Assembly (NCBI GenBank): GCA_951406725.2
Contig: OX597818.1
Coordinates: 51,770,001-51,834,000 of the forward strand
DNA length: 64,000 bases
Origin: Octopus vulgaris
Taxonomy: Eukaryota
Direction of reading: 5' to 3'
The position numbers were made by a program, and so were the translations under genes. Shown here piece by piece: positions 39,059-51,469 of the stretch (within the stretch, counting starts at the first letter, position 1; every line of letters begins with the position of its first letter). Under the pieces are notes generated by a model. That model worked only from the letters and a program-made list of their open reading frames with translations, made no database searches and was not told where the DNA came from.

Positions 39059-39378
39059 AGGAAACTTCTTTCGTTTTTAATAATTTGTCAATTGCTATTT
39101 TTCATTGAATCTCGAAATTCGGGAATTTAAAAAAAAATTCATGTGCATAACAAAAGCCAGTGAACGGTCACAAGAGAATTGTCTCGGACGAGTGCTCATC
39201 TTACAACGCGGGACGTACTGGTATCAATGCAACGAGCCACTTTCTTTTTAACACTTGTCCATTACTTGGTATTTTTGTCAATTTCTTTTGAATTTCCGGG
39301 GCTTTTAAAGAATATTCATATACGTAGCAAAACCTGTTTACTCAGCGTAGAATTAGCTCAGAATATAGGGCGCACGCT

Positions 39379-39788
39379 GGATCTTTTCGATTTGAACGGC
39401 AGTTTTTTCATATAATTTCAACGTAACTAAAAAATTTTAAAATTCCTATACTGGTAGAATGTGTTCATAAAACATCTTTTTCTCTTGGCTTTATTGAGAA
39501 AATTCTATGGTTTGTAAGATATTTGTTGTTTTTTTTTCTTCAATTTCTGCAATTTCAACCAATCAATGACGTCTATTGAGGTGAAAACATTTTGTGCCGT
39601 ATGAATATGTCCCTCGTTTAAGAAACAGATTGGGTTTATTTACATTTGTGAAGTAAAAAATATACCCTTCCCCAACCCTAACCCTAAAACAGACTGAAAT
39701 GCAATAGATCGATACTAGGGTCAGAATTATGGGTGACAATTTCTTATGACACTGCTAGAAAAAACTGCCGTTCAAACCGAAAAGATCC
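39379..39788 (+). mobile_element. MITE (TIR GGATCTTTTCGGTTTGAACGGCAGTTTTT) with hybrid flanks
   Basis: 29-bp TIRs; internal CCCTAA repeats; five copies in the window. Confidence 0.92.
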
Positions 39789-40607
39789 CAGGTTTTTTTT
39801 TATGTATATGAAAATTTTAAAATAAATTCAGGAATTTCAAAAGTAAATAAAAATGAAATGAAAAAAGAGACAAGATATCAAAACAAAAGAGAATTACTGG
39901 AGAATCCGTGGGCTGATCCCGGTTTATATCAAATACAAAACGAGCGACCTATATTCTGAGCTAAGTCTACGCTGAATAAACATAGGTTTCCCGGACCCGG
40001 AAATTCAAAAGAGATTGAAAAAGATGTCAAGTAATAGTCAAGTAGTAAAAGCGAAGCAACTCCATTGGAGAATCATGGAATTGATACCGACACCTCTCAC
40101 ATGCAAAGCGTGCGCTCTATCATCTGAGCTAAATCCTCGGTTGGCGACCCCGGTTATTGTTATGTATATGACAATTAAAAAAAAATCCCAGAATTTCAAA
40201 ACTAAGTGAAAATGATATCATGTAACACAAATTTTAAAAATGAAAGAAGTTTCGTTAGAGAATCCCGGTATCGATCCCAGTACCTCTCGCATGCAAAGCG
40301 AGCGTTCTACCATATGAGTTAATTCCCCGGTCAACGATTACAGGCATTTGTTATACATATGAGAAGTTGAAAACAAAGTTGGAATATCAAAACTAAACGA
40401 AATCATGTAAGAGACAAGTTATTAAAAACAAATGAAACTTCAATGGAGAATCCGAGCATGCCTCTGCCATCTAGGCTAATTCCCCATTACGTAACCATTG
40501 TTTTTTTTTTATATATTTACGAAAATTTAATAAAATTCCGGGAATGTTATTAAATTGCAAATGATATCATGTTGGAGACAAATTAATAAAACGATAAGAA
40601 AATTTGT

Positions 40608-40680
40608 TGGAGAATCCGGGTATCGATCCCGGTACCTCTCGCATGCTAAGCGAGCGCTCTACCATCTGAGCTAATTCCCC
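40608..40680 (-). tRNA. tRNA-Ala(AGC)
   Basis: Intact cloverleaf. Confidence 0.93.
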
Positions 40681-41671
40681 GGACAACAACTTTGGACGTT
40701 TGTTTTGCATATGAAATGTTGGAAACAAAGCCGGACTATCAAAACTAAATGAAATCATGTAATAGAGAAGTTACTAAAAGCAAACAAAACATAATTGGAG
40801 AATGCGGACAACGATCCCGTTGGCTCTCGCATGCAAAACTCCCTCTTAGGGACCGTGGATGTTTGTTATGTATATGGAAAAAAATCGTAGAATTTAAAAA
40901 GCATATGAAAATGAAATCAGCGAAATTAGTTTCACAGAAGAATCCGGACATCGATCCAAAGTATCTCATACATGCAAACCGATTTACCAACAGAGCCAAT
41001 TCCCAGGTTAGTCACCAAAGCTTTTGTTATGTATATGAAAATGGAAAAAAAACCCGGAAGTTTTAAAAGTAAATGAAATGAAATAAAACATAACTTATTA
41101 AAATGAAACGTAGCTTTCCAGAAGAATTCGGGAATCAATCCCGGTACCTCTCGCACGCAAAACGAGCGGTCTACCCTCTCAACTATTTCTCACACAAGTT
41201 TTTTTTTTTTTTATGTATATGAAAATTTAAAAATAAATTCGGGAATTTCAAAAGTAAATGAAAATGAAGTGAAAAAAGAGACAAGATATCAAAACAAAAA
41301 TAGCATTACTGGAGAATCTGTGGGCTGATTCCAGAATATATCGCTTAGAAAGCGAGCGCCCTATATTCTGAGCTAATTCTACGCTGAATAAAGACAGGTT
41401 TCCCGGACCCGGAAATTCAAAAGAGATTGAAAAAGATACCAAGTAATAGACAAATATTAAAATAGAAGCAGCTCCATTGGAGAATCATGGAACTGATACC
41501 GACACCTCTCACATGCAAAAAGTGCGATCTATCATCTGAGCTAATTCCTCGGTTGGCGACCCCGGTTATTGTTATGTATATGACAATTAAACAAAAAATC
41601 CCAGAATCTCAAAACTAAGTGTAAATAATATCATGTAACAGATAAATTATCAAAACGGTAAGAAGATTTGT

Positions 41672-41744
41672 TGGAGAATCCGGGTATCGATCCCGGTACC
41701 TCTCGCATGCGAAGCGAGCGCTCTACCATCTGAGCTAATTCCCC
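41672..41744 (-). tRNA. tRNA-Ala(CGC)
   Basis: Intact cloverleaf, loop TTCGCAT. Confidence 0.92.
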
Positions 41745-41933
41745 GGTCAACGGTTACAGGCATTTGTTATGCATATGAGAAGTTGAAAACAAAGCCGGAA
41801 TATCAAAACTAAATGAAATCATGTAAGAGACAAGTTATTAAAAACAAAAGAAACTTCAATGGAGAATCCGAGCAAGCTCATTACCATCTGGGCTAATTCC
41901 TCATCACGTGACCATCGTTTTTTTTTATATATT

Positions 41934-42316
41934 GGATCTTTTCGGTTTGAACAGCAGTTTTTTCTAGCGGTGTCATATGAAATTGTTACCCATAATTATG
42001 ACCCAATCTGTTTTAGGGTTAGGGGTGGGGGGAAGTGTATCTTTTTTTCTTCAGAAATGTAAATAAACCCAATCTGTTTCCTAAACGAGGGACATATTCA
42101 TATGGCACAGAATGTTTTCACCTCAATAGAGGTCATTGATTGGTTGAAATTGCAGAAATTGAAGAAGAACAACAAATATCTTACAAACTATGGAATTTTC
42201 TCAATAAAGCCAAGAGAAAAAGATGTTTTATAAACACATTCTACCAGTATACGAAGTTTAACATTTTTTAGTTACTTAGAAATTGTTAAAAACTGCCGTT
42301 CAAACCGAAAAGATCC
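41934..42316 (-). mobile_element. MITE, same family, opposite orientation
   Basis: Both TIRs present; TTAGGG repeats near the left end. Confidence 0.9.
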
Positions 42317-42373
42317 CCAAGTGCAAATGATATCATGTAACGGATAAATTATTAAAACAATAAGAAAATTTGT

Positions 42374-42446
42374 TGGAGAATCCGGGTATCGATCCCGGTA
42401 CCTCTCGCATGCAAAGCGAGCGCTCTACCAACTGAGCTAATTCCCC
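42374..42446 (-). tRNA. tRNA-Ala(TGC), D-loop AGTTGG
   Basis: Intact cloverleaf. Confidence 0.93.
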
Positions 42447-43161
42447 GGACAACTACTTCGGGCGTTTGTTTTATATATGCAATGTTGGAAACAAAGCCGG
42501 ACTAACACAACTAAATGAAATCACGTAATAGAGAAGTTACACTAAAAACAAACAAAACATAATTGGAGAATGCGGACAACGATCCCGGTGGCTCTCGCAT
42601 GCAAAGCGAGCGTTTTACCATCTGAGCTAATTCCCCGGACAACTGCTTTCGACGTTTGTTTTGTATATGTAATGTTGGAAACAAAGCCGGACTATCAAAA
42701 CTAAATGAAATCAAGTAATAGAGAAGTTACTAAAAACAAACAAAACATAATTGGAGAATGCGGACAACGATCCCGGTGGCCCTCGCATGCAAAACTCCCT
42801 CTTAGGGACCGTGGATGTTTGTTATGCATATGCAAAAAAAAAATTGTAGAATTTAAAAAGCATATGAAAATGAAATCAGCGAAATTAGTTTCCCAGAAGA
42901 ATCCGGACATCGATCCAAGGTATCTCATACATGCAAAGCGATCTACCAACAGAGCCAGTCCCCAGGTAAGTCACCTAAGCTTTTGTTATGTATATGAAAA
43001 TGAAAAAAAATAACGGAAGTTCTAAAAGTAAATGAAATGAGATAATACAAAATTTATTAAAATGAAACGTAGCTTTCCAGAAGAATTCGGGAATCGATCC
43101 CGGTAACTCTCGCACGCAAAACGAGCGCTCTACCCTCTCAACTATTTCTCACACAGGTTTT

Positions 43162-43655
43162 GGATCTTTTCGGTTTGAACGGCAGTTTTTTTAAATAATT
43201 TCCACGCAATTAAACACTTTAAAACTTCGTATACTGGTAGAATGTGTTTATAAAACATCTTTTTCTCTTGGCTTTATTGAGAAAATTCTATAGTTTGTAA
43301 GATATAAATGGCGGTGCCCCAGCATGGCCACAGCTCATAAGCTGAAACTAGAAAAATCAAATCAAAATCAAATCATATTTGTTGTTTTTTTTCTTCAATT
43401 TCTGCAATTTCAATCAATCAATTACGTCCATTGAGGTAAAAAAACAACATTATGTGCCGTATGAATATGTCCCTCGTTTAAGGAACAGATTGGGTTTATT
43501 TACCTTTGTGGAGTAAAAAAGATACCCTTCCCACACCCCTAACCCTAACCCTAAAACAGATTGAAATGCAATAGATCGATACTAGGGTCATAATTATGGG
43601 TGACAATTTCATATGACACTGCTAGAAAAAACTGCCGTTCAAACCGAAAAGATCC
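43162..43655 (+). mobile_element. MITE with 8-bp TSD CAGGTTTT and a nested ~70-bp retroposon tail
   Basis: TSD at 43154-43161 and 43656-43663; insert GGCGGTGCCCCAGCATGGCCACAGC...(AAATC)n at about 43306-43375. Confidence 0.93.
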
Positions 43656-44114
43656 CAGGTTTTTTTATGTAAATGAAAATCTTTTAATAAATTCCGGAAT
43701 TTCAAAAGTAAATGAAAATGAAATGAAACAAGGGACAAGATATCAAAACAAAAGTTGTATTACTGGAGAAACCATGGGCTGATCCCGGTACATACCGCAT
43801 ACAAAGCGAGCGCCCTATATTCTGAGCTAATTCCCCAGCCAACATTTACAGGCATTTGTTATACATATGAGAAGTTGAAAACAAAGTAGGAATATCAAAA
43901 CTAAATGAAATCAAATAATAGACAAGTTATTAAAAACAAAAGTAGCATTATTGGAGAATCCGGGCAAGCTCTCTGCCATCTGGGTTAACTCCCAATTACG
44001 TAACCACTAGTTTTTTGATATATACGAAAATTTAGTGAAATTCCCTGAAATTCAAAACTAAGTGCAAATAATATCATGTAACAGAAAAATTATCAAAACA
44101 ATAAGAAGACTTGT

Positions 44115-44187
44115 TGGAGAATCCGGGCATCGATCCCGGTACCTCTCGCATGCGAAGCGAGCGCTCTACCATCTGAGCTAATTCCCC
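44115..44187 (-). tRNA. tRNA-Ala(CGC)
   Basis: Intact cloverleaf. Confidence 0.92.
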
Positions 44188-45246
44188 AGACAGCGGTTAC
44201 TGGCATTTGTTATACATATGAGAAGTTGAAAACAAAGCCGGAATATAAAAACTAAATGAAATCATGTTATAGACAAGTTATTAAAAATAAAAGAAACTTC
44301 AATGGAGAATCCGGGCAAGCTCATTACCATCTGGGCTAGTTCCTCATCACGTGACCATCGGTTTTTTTATATATTGGATCTTTTCAAAGCATAATTGGAG
44401 AATGCGGACAACGATCCCGGTGGTTCCCGCATGCAAAACTCCCTCTGTTTGATATGCATATGGAAAAAAATCGTAGAATTTAAAAAGCATATGAAAATGA
44501 AATCAGCGAAATTAGTTTCACAGAAGAATCCGGACATCGATCCAAAGTATCTCACACATGCAAAGCGATCTACCAACAGAGCCAGTTCCCAGGTTAGTCA
44601 CCAAAGCTTTTGTTATGTATATGAAAATGAAAAAAAACCCCGGAAGTTTCAAAAGTAAATGAAATGAAATAAAACAAAGGTTATTAAAATAGCTTTCCAG
44701 AAAAATTCGGGAATCGATCCTGGTACCTCTCACACGCAAAACGAGCGGTCTACCCTCTCAACTATTTCTCACACACGTTTTTTTTTTATGTATATGAAAA
44801 TTTTAAAATAAATTCGGGAATTTTAAAAGTAAATGAAAATGAAGTGAAAAAAGAGACAAGATATCAAAACAAAAGTTGTATTACTGGAGAACCCGTGGGC
44901 TGATTCCGGAATATACCGCATACAAAGCGAGCGCCCTATATTCTGAGCTAATTCTATGCTAAGTAAAGATAGGTTTCCCGGACCCTGAAATTCAAAAGAG
45001 ATTGAAAATGATATCAAGTAATAGTCAAGTAGTAAAAGCGAAGCAGCTCCATTGGAGAATCATAGAATTGATACCGACACCTCTCACATGCAAAGCGTGC
45101 GATCTATCATCTGAGCTAAATCCTCGGTTGGCGACCCCGGTTATTGTTATGTATATGACAATTAAACAAAAAATCCCAGAATTTCAAAACTAAGTGCAAA
45201 TGATATCATGTAACAGACAAATTATCAAAACGGTAAGAAGATTTCT

Positions 45247-45319
45247 TGGAGAATCCGGGTATCGATCCCAGTACCTCTCGCATGCAAAGCGAGCGCTCTA
45301 CCATCTGAGCTAATTCCCC
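45247..45319 (-). tRNA. tRNA-Ala(TGC)
   Basis: Intact, one U-G wobble in the T stem. Confidence 0.87.
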
Positions 45320-45573
45320 AGTCAACGATTACAGGCATTTGTTATACATATGAGAAGTCAGAAACAAAGCTGGAATATCAAAACTAAATGAAATCATGTA
45401 AGAGACAAGTTATTAAAAACAAATGAAACTTCAATGGAGAATCCGAGCATGCCCTCTGCCATCTGGGCTAATTCCCCATTACGTAACCATCGTTTTTTTT
45501 TATATTTTTGAAAATTTAATAAAATTCACGGAATTTTATTAAATTGCAAATGATATCATGCAAAAAGATTTGT

Positions 45574-45646
45574 TGGAGAATCCAGGTATCGATCCTGGTA
45601 CCTCTCGCATGCTAAGCGAGCGCTCTACCATCTGAGCTAATTCCCC
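45574..45646 (-). tRNA. tRNA-Ala(AGC)
   Basis: Intact, compensatory A51-U63 pair. Confidence 0.93.
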
Positions 45647-46628
45647 GGACAACTGCTTTGGATGTTTGTTTTGCATATGAAATGTAAACAAAGCCGGACT
45701 ATCAAAACTAAATGAAATGAAGTAATAGACGAGTTATTAAAAACAAAAGTAGCATTATTGGCGAATGCGGATATCGATCCCGGTGGCTCTCGCATGCAAA
45801 ACTCCCTCTTAGAGACCGTGGATGTTTGTTATGCATATGGAAAAAAAATCGTAGAATTTAAAAAGCATATGAAAATGAAATCAGCGAAATTAGTTCCACA
45901 GAAGAATCCGGACATCAATCCAAGCTATCTCACACATGCAAAGCGATCTACCAACAGAGCCAGTTCCCAGGTAAGTCACCAAAGCTTTTGTTATGTATGT
46001 GAAAATGAAAAAAAACCCGGAAGTTTTAAAAGTAAATGAAATGAGATAATACAAAAGTTATTAAATGAAACGTAGCTTTCCAGAAGAATTCGGGAATCGA
46101 TCCCAGTACCTCTCGCACGCAAAACGAGCGTCTACCCTCTCAACTATTTCTCACACAAGTTTTTTTTTTTTACGTATATGAAAATTATAAGATAAATTCG
46201 GGAATTTCAAAAGTAAATGAAAATGAAGTGAAAAAAGAAACAAGATATCAAACCAAAAATAGCATTACTGGAGAATCCGTTGGTTGATTCCGGAATATAT
46301 CGCTTAGAAAGCGAGTGCCCTATATTCTGAGCTAATTCTACGCTGAATAAACATAGATTTCCCGGACCCGGAAATTCAAAAGAGATTGAAAAAGATACCA
46401 AGTAATAGTCAAGTAGTAAAATCGAAGCAGCTCCATTGGAGAATCATGGAATTGATACCGACACCTCTCACATACAAAACGTGCGATCTATCATCTGAGC
46501 TAATTCCTCGGTTGGCGACCCAGGTTATTGTTATGTATATGACAATTAAAAAAAATCCAAGAATTTCAAAACTAAGTGCAAATGATATCATGTAACAGAC
46601 AAATTATCAAAATGTTAAGTAGATTTGT

Positions 46629-46701
46629 TGGAGAATCCGGGTATCGATCCCGGTACCTCTCGCATGCAAAGCGAGCGCTCTACCATCTGAGCTAATTCCC
46701 C
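46629..46701 (-). tRNA. tRNA-Ala(TGC)
   Basis: Intact cloverleaf. Confidence 0.93.
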
Positions 46702-47078
46702 GATCAACGATTACAGGCATTTGTTATACATATGAGAAGTTGGAAACAAAGCTGGAATATGAAAACTAAATGAAATCATGTAAGAGACAAGTTATTAAAA
46801 ACAAAAGAAACTTCAATGGAGAATCCGGGCATGCCCTCTGCCATCTGGGCTAATTCCCCATTACGTAACCTTTGGGTTTTTTTTATATATTTACGAAAAT
46901 TTTATTAAATTTTATAAATTCCGGGGATGTTATTAAATTTTCAAAAATATATAAAAAAAAAACCCAATTGTTAGGTAATGAGGAATTAGCCCAGATGGCA
47001 GTGAGCTTGCCCGGATTTTATCAAATTGCAAATGATATCATGTAAGAGAGAAATTAATAAAACGACAAGAAAATTTGT

Positions 47079-47151
47079 TGGAGAATCCGGGTATCGATCC
47101 CGGTACCTCTCGCATGCTAAGCGAGCGCTCTACCACCTGAGCTAATTCCCC
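47079..47151 (-). tRNA. tRNA-Ala(AGC), D-loop AGGTGG
   Basis: Intact cloverleaf. Confidence 0.92.
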
Positions 47152-47535
47152 GGACAACTGTTTTGGACGTTTGTTTTGTATATGTAATGTTGAAAACTAA
47201 ATGAAATGAAGTAATAGACGAGTTATTAAAAACAAACTTGTCACGACTAGCTAGCGCGGTTGCGCGAGTACGCGCTTGCGCGCACCGGACCACTGATCGC
47301 TAGTAGTACACGGAAAAAGACCCATAACTTGTCTATTACTTCATTATATTTTCATTTACATTTGAAATTGTAAGATTTAAAAAATAAAAATTATATACAT
47401 AACAAAAATCTCAGCTGTGTCCCCGGGGAGATACCCGGATTCTCCACAGAAGATTCTTTTGTTTGATTTAGTTTCGATATTCTGGGTTTGCTTTAAAATT
47501 TTCATATGCATAACAAACGTCTACAGAAACAAGCT

Positions 47536-47608
47536 GGGGAATTAGATCAGATGGTAGAGCGCTCGCTTTGCATGCGAGAAGTACCGGGATCGATACCCGG
47601 ATTCTCCA
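47536..47608 (+). tRNA. tRNA-Ala(TGC), possibly a pseudogene
   Basis: D-stem C11A mismatch; paralog of 38986. Confidence 0.6.
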
Positions 47609-47913
47609 AGGTAACTTCTTTCGTTTTTAATAATTTGTCAATTGCTATTTTTCATTGAATTTCGAAATTCGGGAATTTAAAAAAAATTTCATGTGCATAA
47701 CAAAAGCCAGTGAACGGTCACCAGGGAGTTGTCTCGGACGAGTGCTCATCTTACAACGCGTGACATACTGGTATCAATGCAATGAGCCACTTTTTAACAC
47801 TTGGTATTTTTGTCAATTTCTTTTAAATTTCCGGGGCTTTTAAAGAATATTCATATACGTAGCAAAACCTGTTTACTCAGCGTAGAATTAGCTCAGAATA
47901 TAGGGCGCACGCT

Positions 47914-48352
47914 GGATCTTTTCGATTTGAACGGCAGTTTTTTCATATAATTTCAACGTAACTAAAAAATTTTAAACTTCCTATACTGGTAGAATGTGTT
48001 TATAAAACATCTTTTTCTCTAGGCTATGTTGAGAAAATTCTATAGTTTGTAAGATATTTATTGTTTTATTTTCTTCAATTTCTGCAATTTCAACCAATCA
48101 ATGACGTCTATTGAGGTGAAAACATTCTGTGCCGTATGAATATGTCCCTCGTTTAAGAAACAGATTGGGTTTATTTACATTTGTGAAGAAAAAAAGATAC
48201 CCTTCCCCAACCCTAACGCTAACCCTAACCCTAACTAACCCTAACCCTAAAAGAGATTGAAATGCAATAGATCGATACTATAGTCATAATTATTTGTGAC
48301 AATTTCATATGACACCGCAAGAACAAAACTGCCGTTCAAACCGAAAAGATCC
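47914..48352 (+). mobile_element. MITE inserted in a degenerate tRNA-Ala
   Basis: TIRs; imperfect 8-bp TSD CGCACGCT/CGCTCGTT; the tRNA-like sequence resumes after the element. Confidence 0.92.
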
Positions 48353-48586
48353 CGCTCGTTTTACATGCGATATGTACCGGGAGCAGTTCACGGATTCTCC
48401 AGTAATACTACATTTGTTTTGATATCTTGTGTCTTGTTTCATTTCATTTTCTTTTGAAATGCCCTGATTTAAAGAAAAAAAAAAAAGAAAAATCATAAAA
48501 AAAAACTATGCCCGTTAAGCGAGGAAATAGCTGAAGACTTAGAGCGCTCGCTTTACATGCGAGAGGTACCGGTATCAACTACCGGA

Positions 48587-48817
48587 AGGCGACGAGCTGG
48601 CAGAAACATTAGCACGCTGGGCGAAATGCTAAGTAGTATTTTGCCTGCCGCTACGTTCTGAGTTCAAATTCCGCCGAGGTCGACTTTGCCTTTCATCCCT
48701 TCGGGGTCGATTAAATAAGTACCAGTTACGCACTGGGTCGATATAATCGACTTAATCCGCTTGTTTGTCCTTGTTTGTCCCCTCTGTGTTTAGCCCCTTG
48801 TGGGTAGTAAAATAATA
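48587..48817 (+). mobile_element. SINE family B with 16-bp TSD GGTATCAACTACCGGA
   Basis: TSD at 48571-48586 and 48818-48833, within the T arm of a tRNA-Ala pseudogene. Confidence 0.93.
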
Positions 48818-49334
48818 GGTATCAACTACCGGATTCTTCAAGAAAGCTGCGTTTCATTTTCATAACATTACTTTTATTTCATTTCATTTACTTTTGAAAT
48901 TCCCGAGTTTTTAAAAAAATTTCATATACATAACAAAAGCTGTATTTACTAACCGCCGAATGGTCTCTGTTGGTAGAGCGCTCGCTTTACATGCGAGAGA
49001 TACCAGGATCAATATCCAGATTCTCCAGTAAAACTAATTTCGTTCTTTAATTTCGTTGTCTGTTGAGTTTCTTTTCATATGCGTTTTAAATTCTGCGATT
49101 TTTTTTTTGTTTTCATATGCATAACAAACATCCATGGTCGCTAACAAAGATTTTAGCTCAAGAGGTGGTGCGCTCGTTTTGCATGCGGGAGCTACCGGGA
49201 TCGATGTCCGCATTCTCCAGTAATACTACATTTGCTTTTAATAACTTATCTATCACTTGATTTCATTTAGTTTTGACATCCCGGCTTTGTTTTCAATATT
49301 TCATATGCACAACAAACGCCTACAGCAGGAGTGC

Positions 49335-49407
49335 GGGGAATTAGCTCAGATGGTAGAGCGCTCGCTTAGCATGCGAGAGGTACCGGGATCGATACCCGGA
49401 TTCTCCA
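49335..49407 (+). tRNA. tRNA-Ala(AGC)
   Basis: Intact cloverleaf followed by a T-run. Confidence 0.94.
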
Positions 49408-51469
49408 ATAAAACTCTTTTTTTTTACATTTTAATAATTTCTCTATTACACAAATTTACACTTAGTTCTGAAATTCCTGGAAGTTTATTAAATTTTCACA
49501 TATATATATATATATATATATAACAAAAACCTATGGTTACTAACTGGGGAATTGTCCCAAATGTTAGATAGCTTGTCTTGAGTGCGAGAGGTACCTGGAT
49601 GTTCAGACTCTCAAACGAATTTTCTTTCGTTTTTAATAACTTGTCTATTTGTTTCATTTAGTTTTCATATTCCGGGTGTTTTCAACTTTTTATATGCATA
49701 TCAAACATTTGTAAACGCGGACTGGGAAATTATCTCCGATGGAAGAGCACTTGCTTTGCATGTGCGAGGTACCGGGATCGATACCCGGATCCACCAAAGA
49801 AGCTTCTTTCGTTTTTTATAATTTCTCTATTACTTGATGTCATTTTCATTTAGATTCAAAATGCCGGGATTATTTTGAATTTTCATATACAGAACAAAAG
49901 CAGATGATAGGCATTCAGACACTAATCAGAGAATTAGTTCAGACGGTAGATCGCTCGCTTTGCTTGTGAAAGATAGCTAGATCGATACCTAGCTTATTCA
50001 ATTAAATCTACTTTTAATATCCTTGTCCATTCATTTCATTTACATTTCTTTTCAAGGTTGTTTTTTTTTAAATATATATACACAAAACAAAAGTTTTTGG
50101 TCTGCAGCCGGGTATTTAGCTCAGATAGTAGAGCGCTCACTTTGCACGCGAGAGGTGTTGAGATCGATTCCCAGATTCTCCAGTGAAGTTTCTTTTGTTT
50201 TTAATGGCTTTCCTATTGCTTGATTTCATTTACTTTTGATATTCTGGGTTTGTTTTCATCTTTTCATAGGCAAACAAAGCGAGCGCCTTATATTCTGAGC
50301 TAATTCTATGAGTAGGCAAAGGTTTTACTATATATATGAATATTATATAAAACCCGGAAATTCAAAAGAAATTGAGAAAGATATCAAGTAATAGACAAGT
50401 TATTAAAAGCAAAGCATCTCAATTGGAAAATCATGGCATTGATACCGACACCTCTCACATGCAAAGCGTTCGCTTTACCACCTGAACTAATTCCTCGCTT
50501 GGCGCCCCCAGCTTATTGTTATGTATATGAAAATGAAAATAAAATTCCGGGAATTTTAAAAGTAAATAAAAATAAAATGAAACAAGAGATAAGATGTCTG
50601 GAGAATCCGTTGACTGATCCCGGTACGTATCACATGCAAAGCGAGCGCCCTATATTTTGAGCTAATTCTAAGCTGAGCAAAGTGAGGATTTTGTTGTGTA
50701 CTTGAAAATTTAAAAAAATCCCGGTGTTTTCAAATGTAAATGTAAGTGAAATGAACTAATTAGCAAGTTATTAAAAAGGAAAAGTATATTCATTACAGAA
50801 TCCTAGCACCCTACTACCTGGGGTAATTGCTGGTTAGCGGTCATAGGTTTTTGATATGTACATGAAAATAAAAAAAAAAACTCCAAAGTTTCAAAAGTAA
50901 ATGAAAATGGAATGAAGCAATGGGCATGTTATTAAAAATAAAGTATCCTCACTGGAGATTCAGTGTTTCGAACCCGGTACCTCCTGAATATAAGACGAGC
51001 GTTCTACCACCTGAGCTAATTCCCAGTTAGTGACCATGGTTTTTTACTCTGTATATGAAAATTAAAAAAAGAAAAGCCAGGTATTTCAAAAGTAAAAGCA
51101 ATGAAGTAATAGACAAGTTATTAAAAACAAAAGTAGCCTCCTTGGAGAATCCGGGTATCGAACCCGGTACCTCTCACATGCAAAGCGAGCGCTCTGTTTG
51201 TTGCTGTTATATATGTGAAAATTTAAAAAAAATCCTGGTATTCCGAATGTAAAGGAAAATGAAATGAAGTAACAGACAAGATATTATAAACAAATGCAGC
51301 TGAATTGGAGAAGCCGTGAACGATCCCGGTATCTCTCGAATGCAAAGCGAGCCCTCTACCACTTGAGATGATCCCAAGTTTTGTGTCCATAGGTGTTTCT
51401 GAAGTGTATAAAATTAAAAAAAGAAATCGTTGAATTTGAAACAAATAAAAATCATGTCATGTAATAGAC

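Larger units (their letters stand above)
39789..47230 (-). repeat. ~1.4-kb higher-order repeat of about 8 tRNA-Ala-derived subunits (about 5 copies)
   Basis: Diagnostic subunit GGAGAATCCGTGGGCTGAT recurs near 39898, 41309, 43764, 44886 and 46268. Confidence 0.88.

Noticed and set aside
48211-48250. Telomere or telomerase template
   Set aside because: Short tract internal to a multi-copy MITE
48521-49027. Ala bodies with a TAC (Val-type) anticodon
   Set aside because: Acceptor and D arms are degenerate, and one copy is interrupted by a SINE
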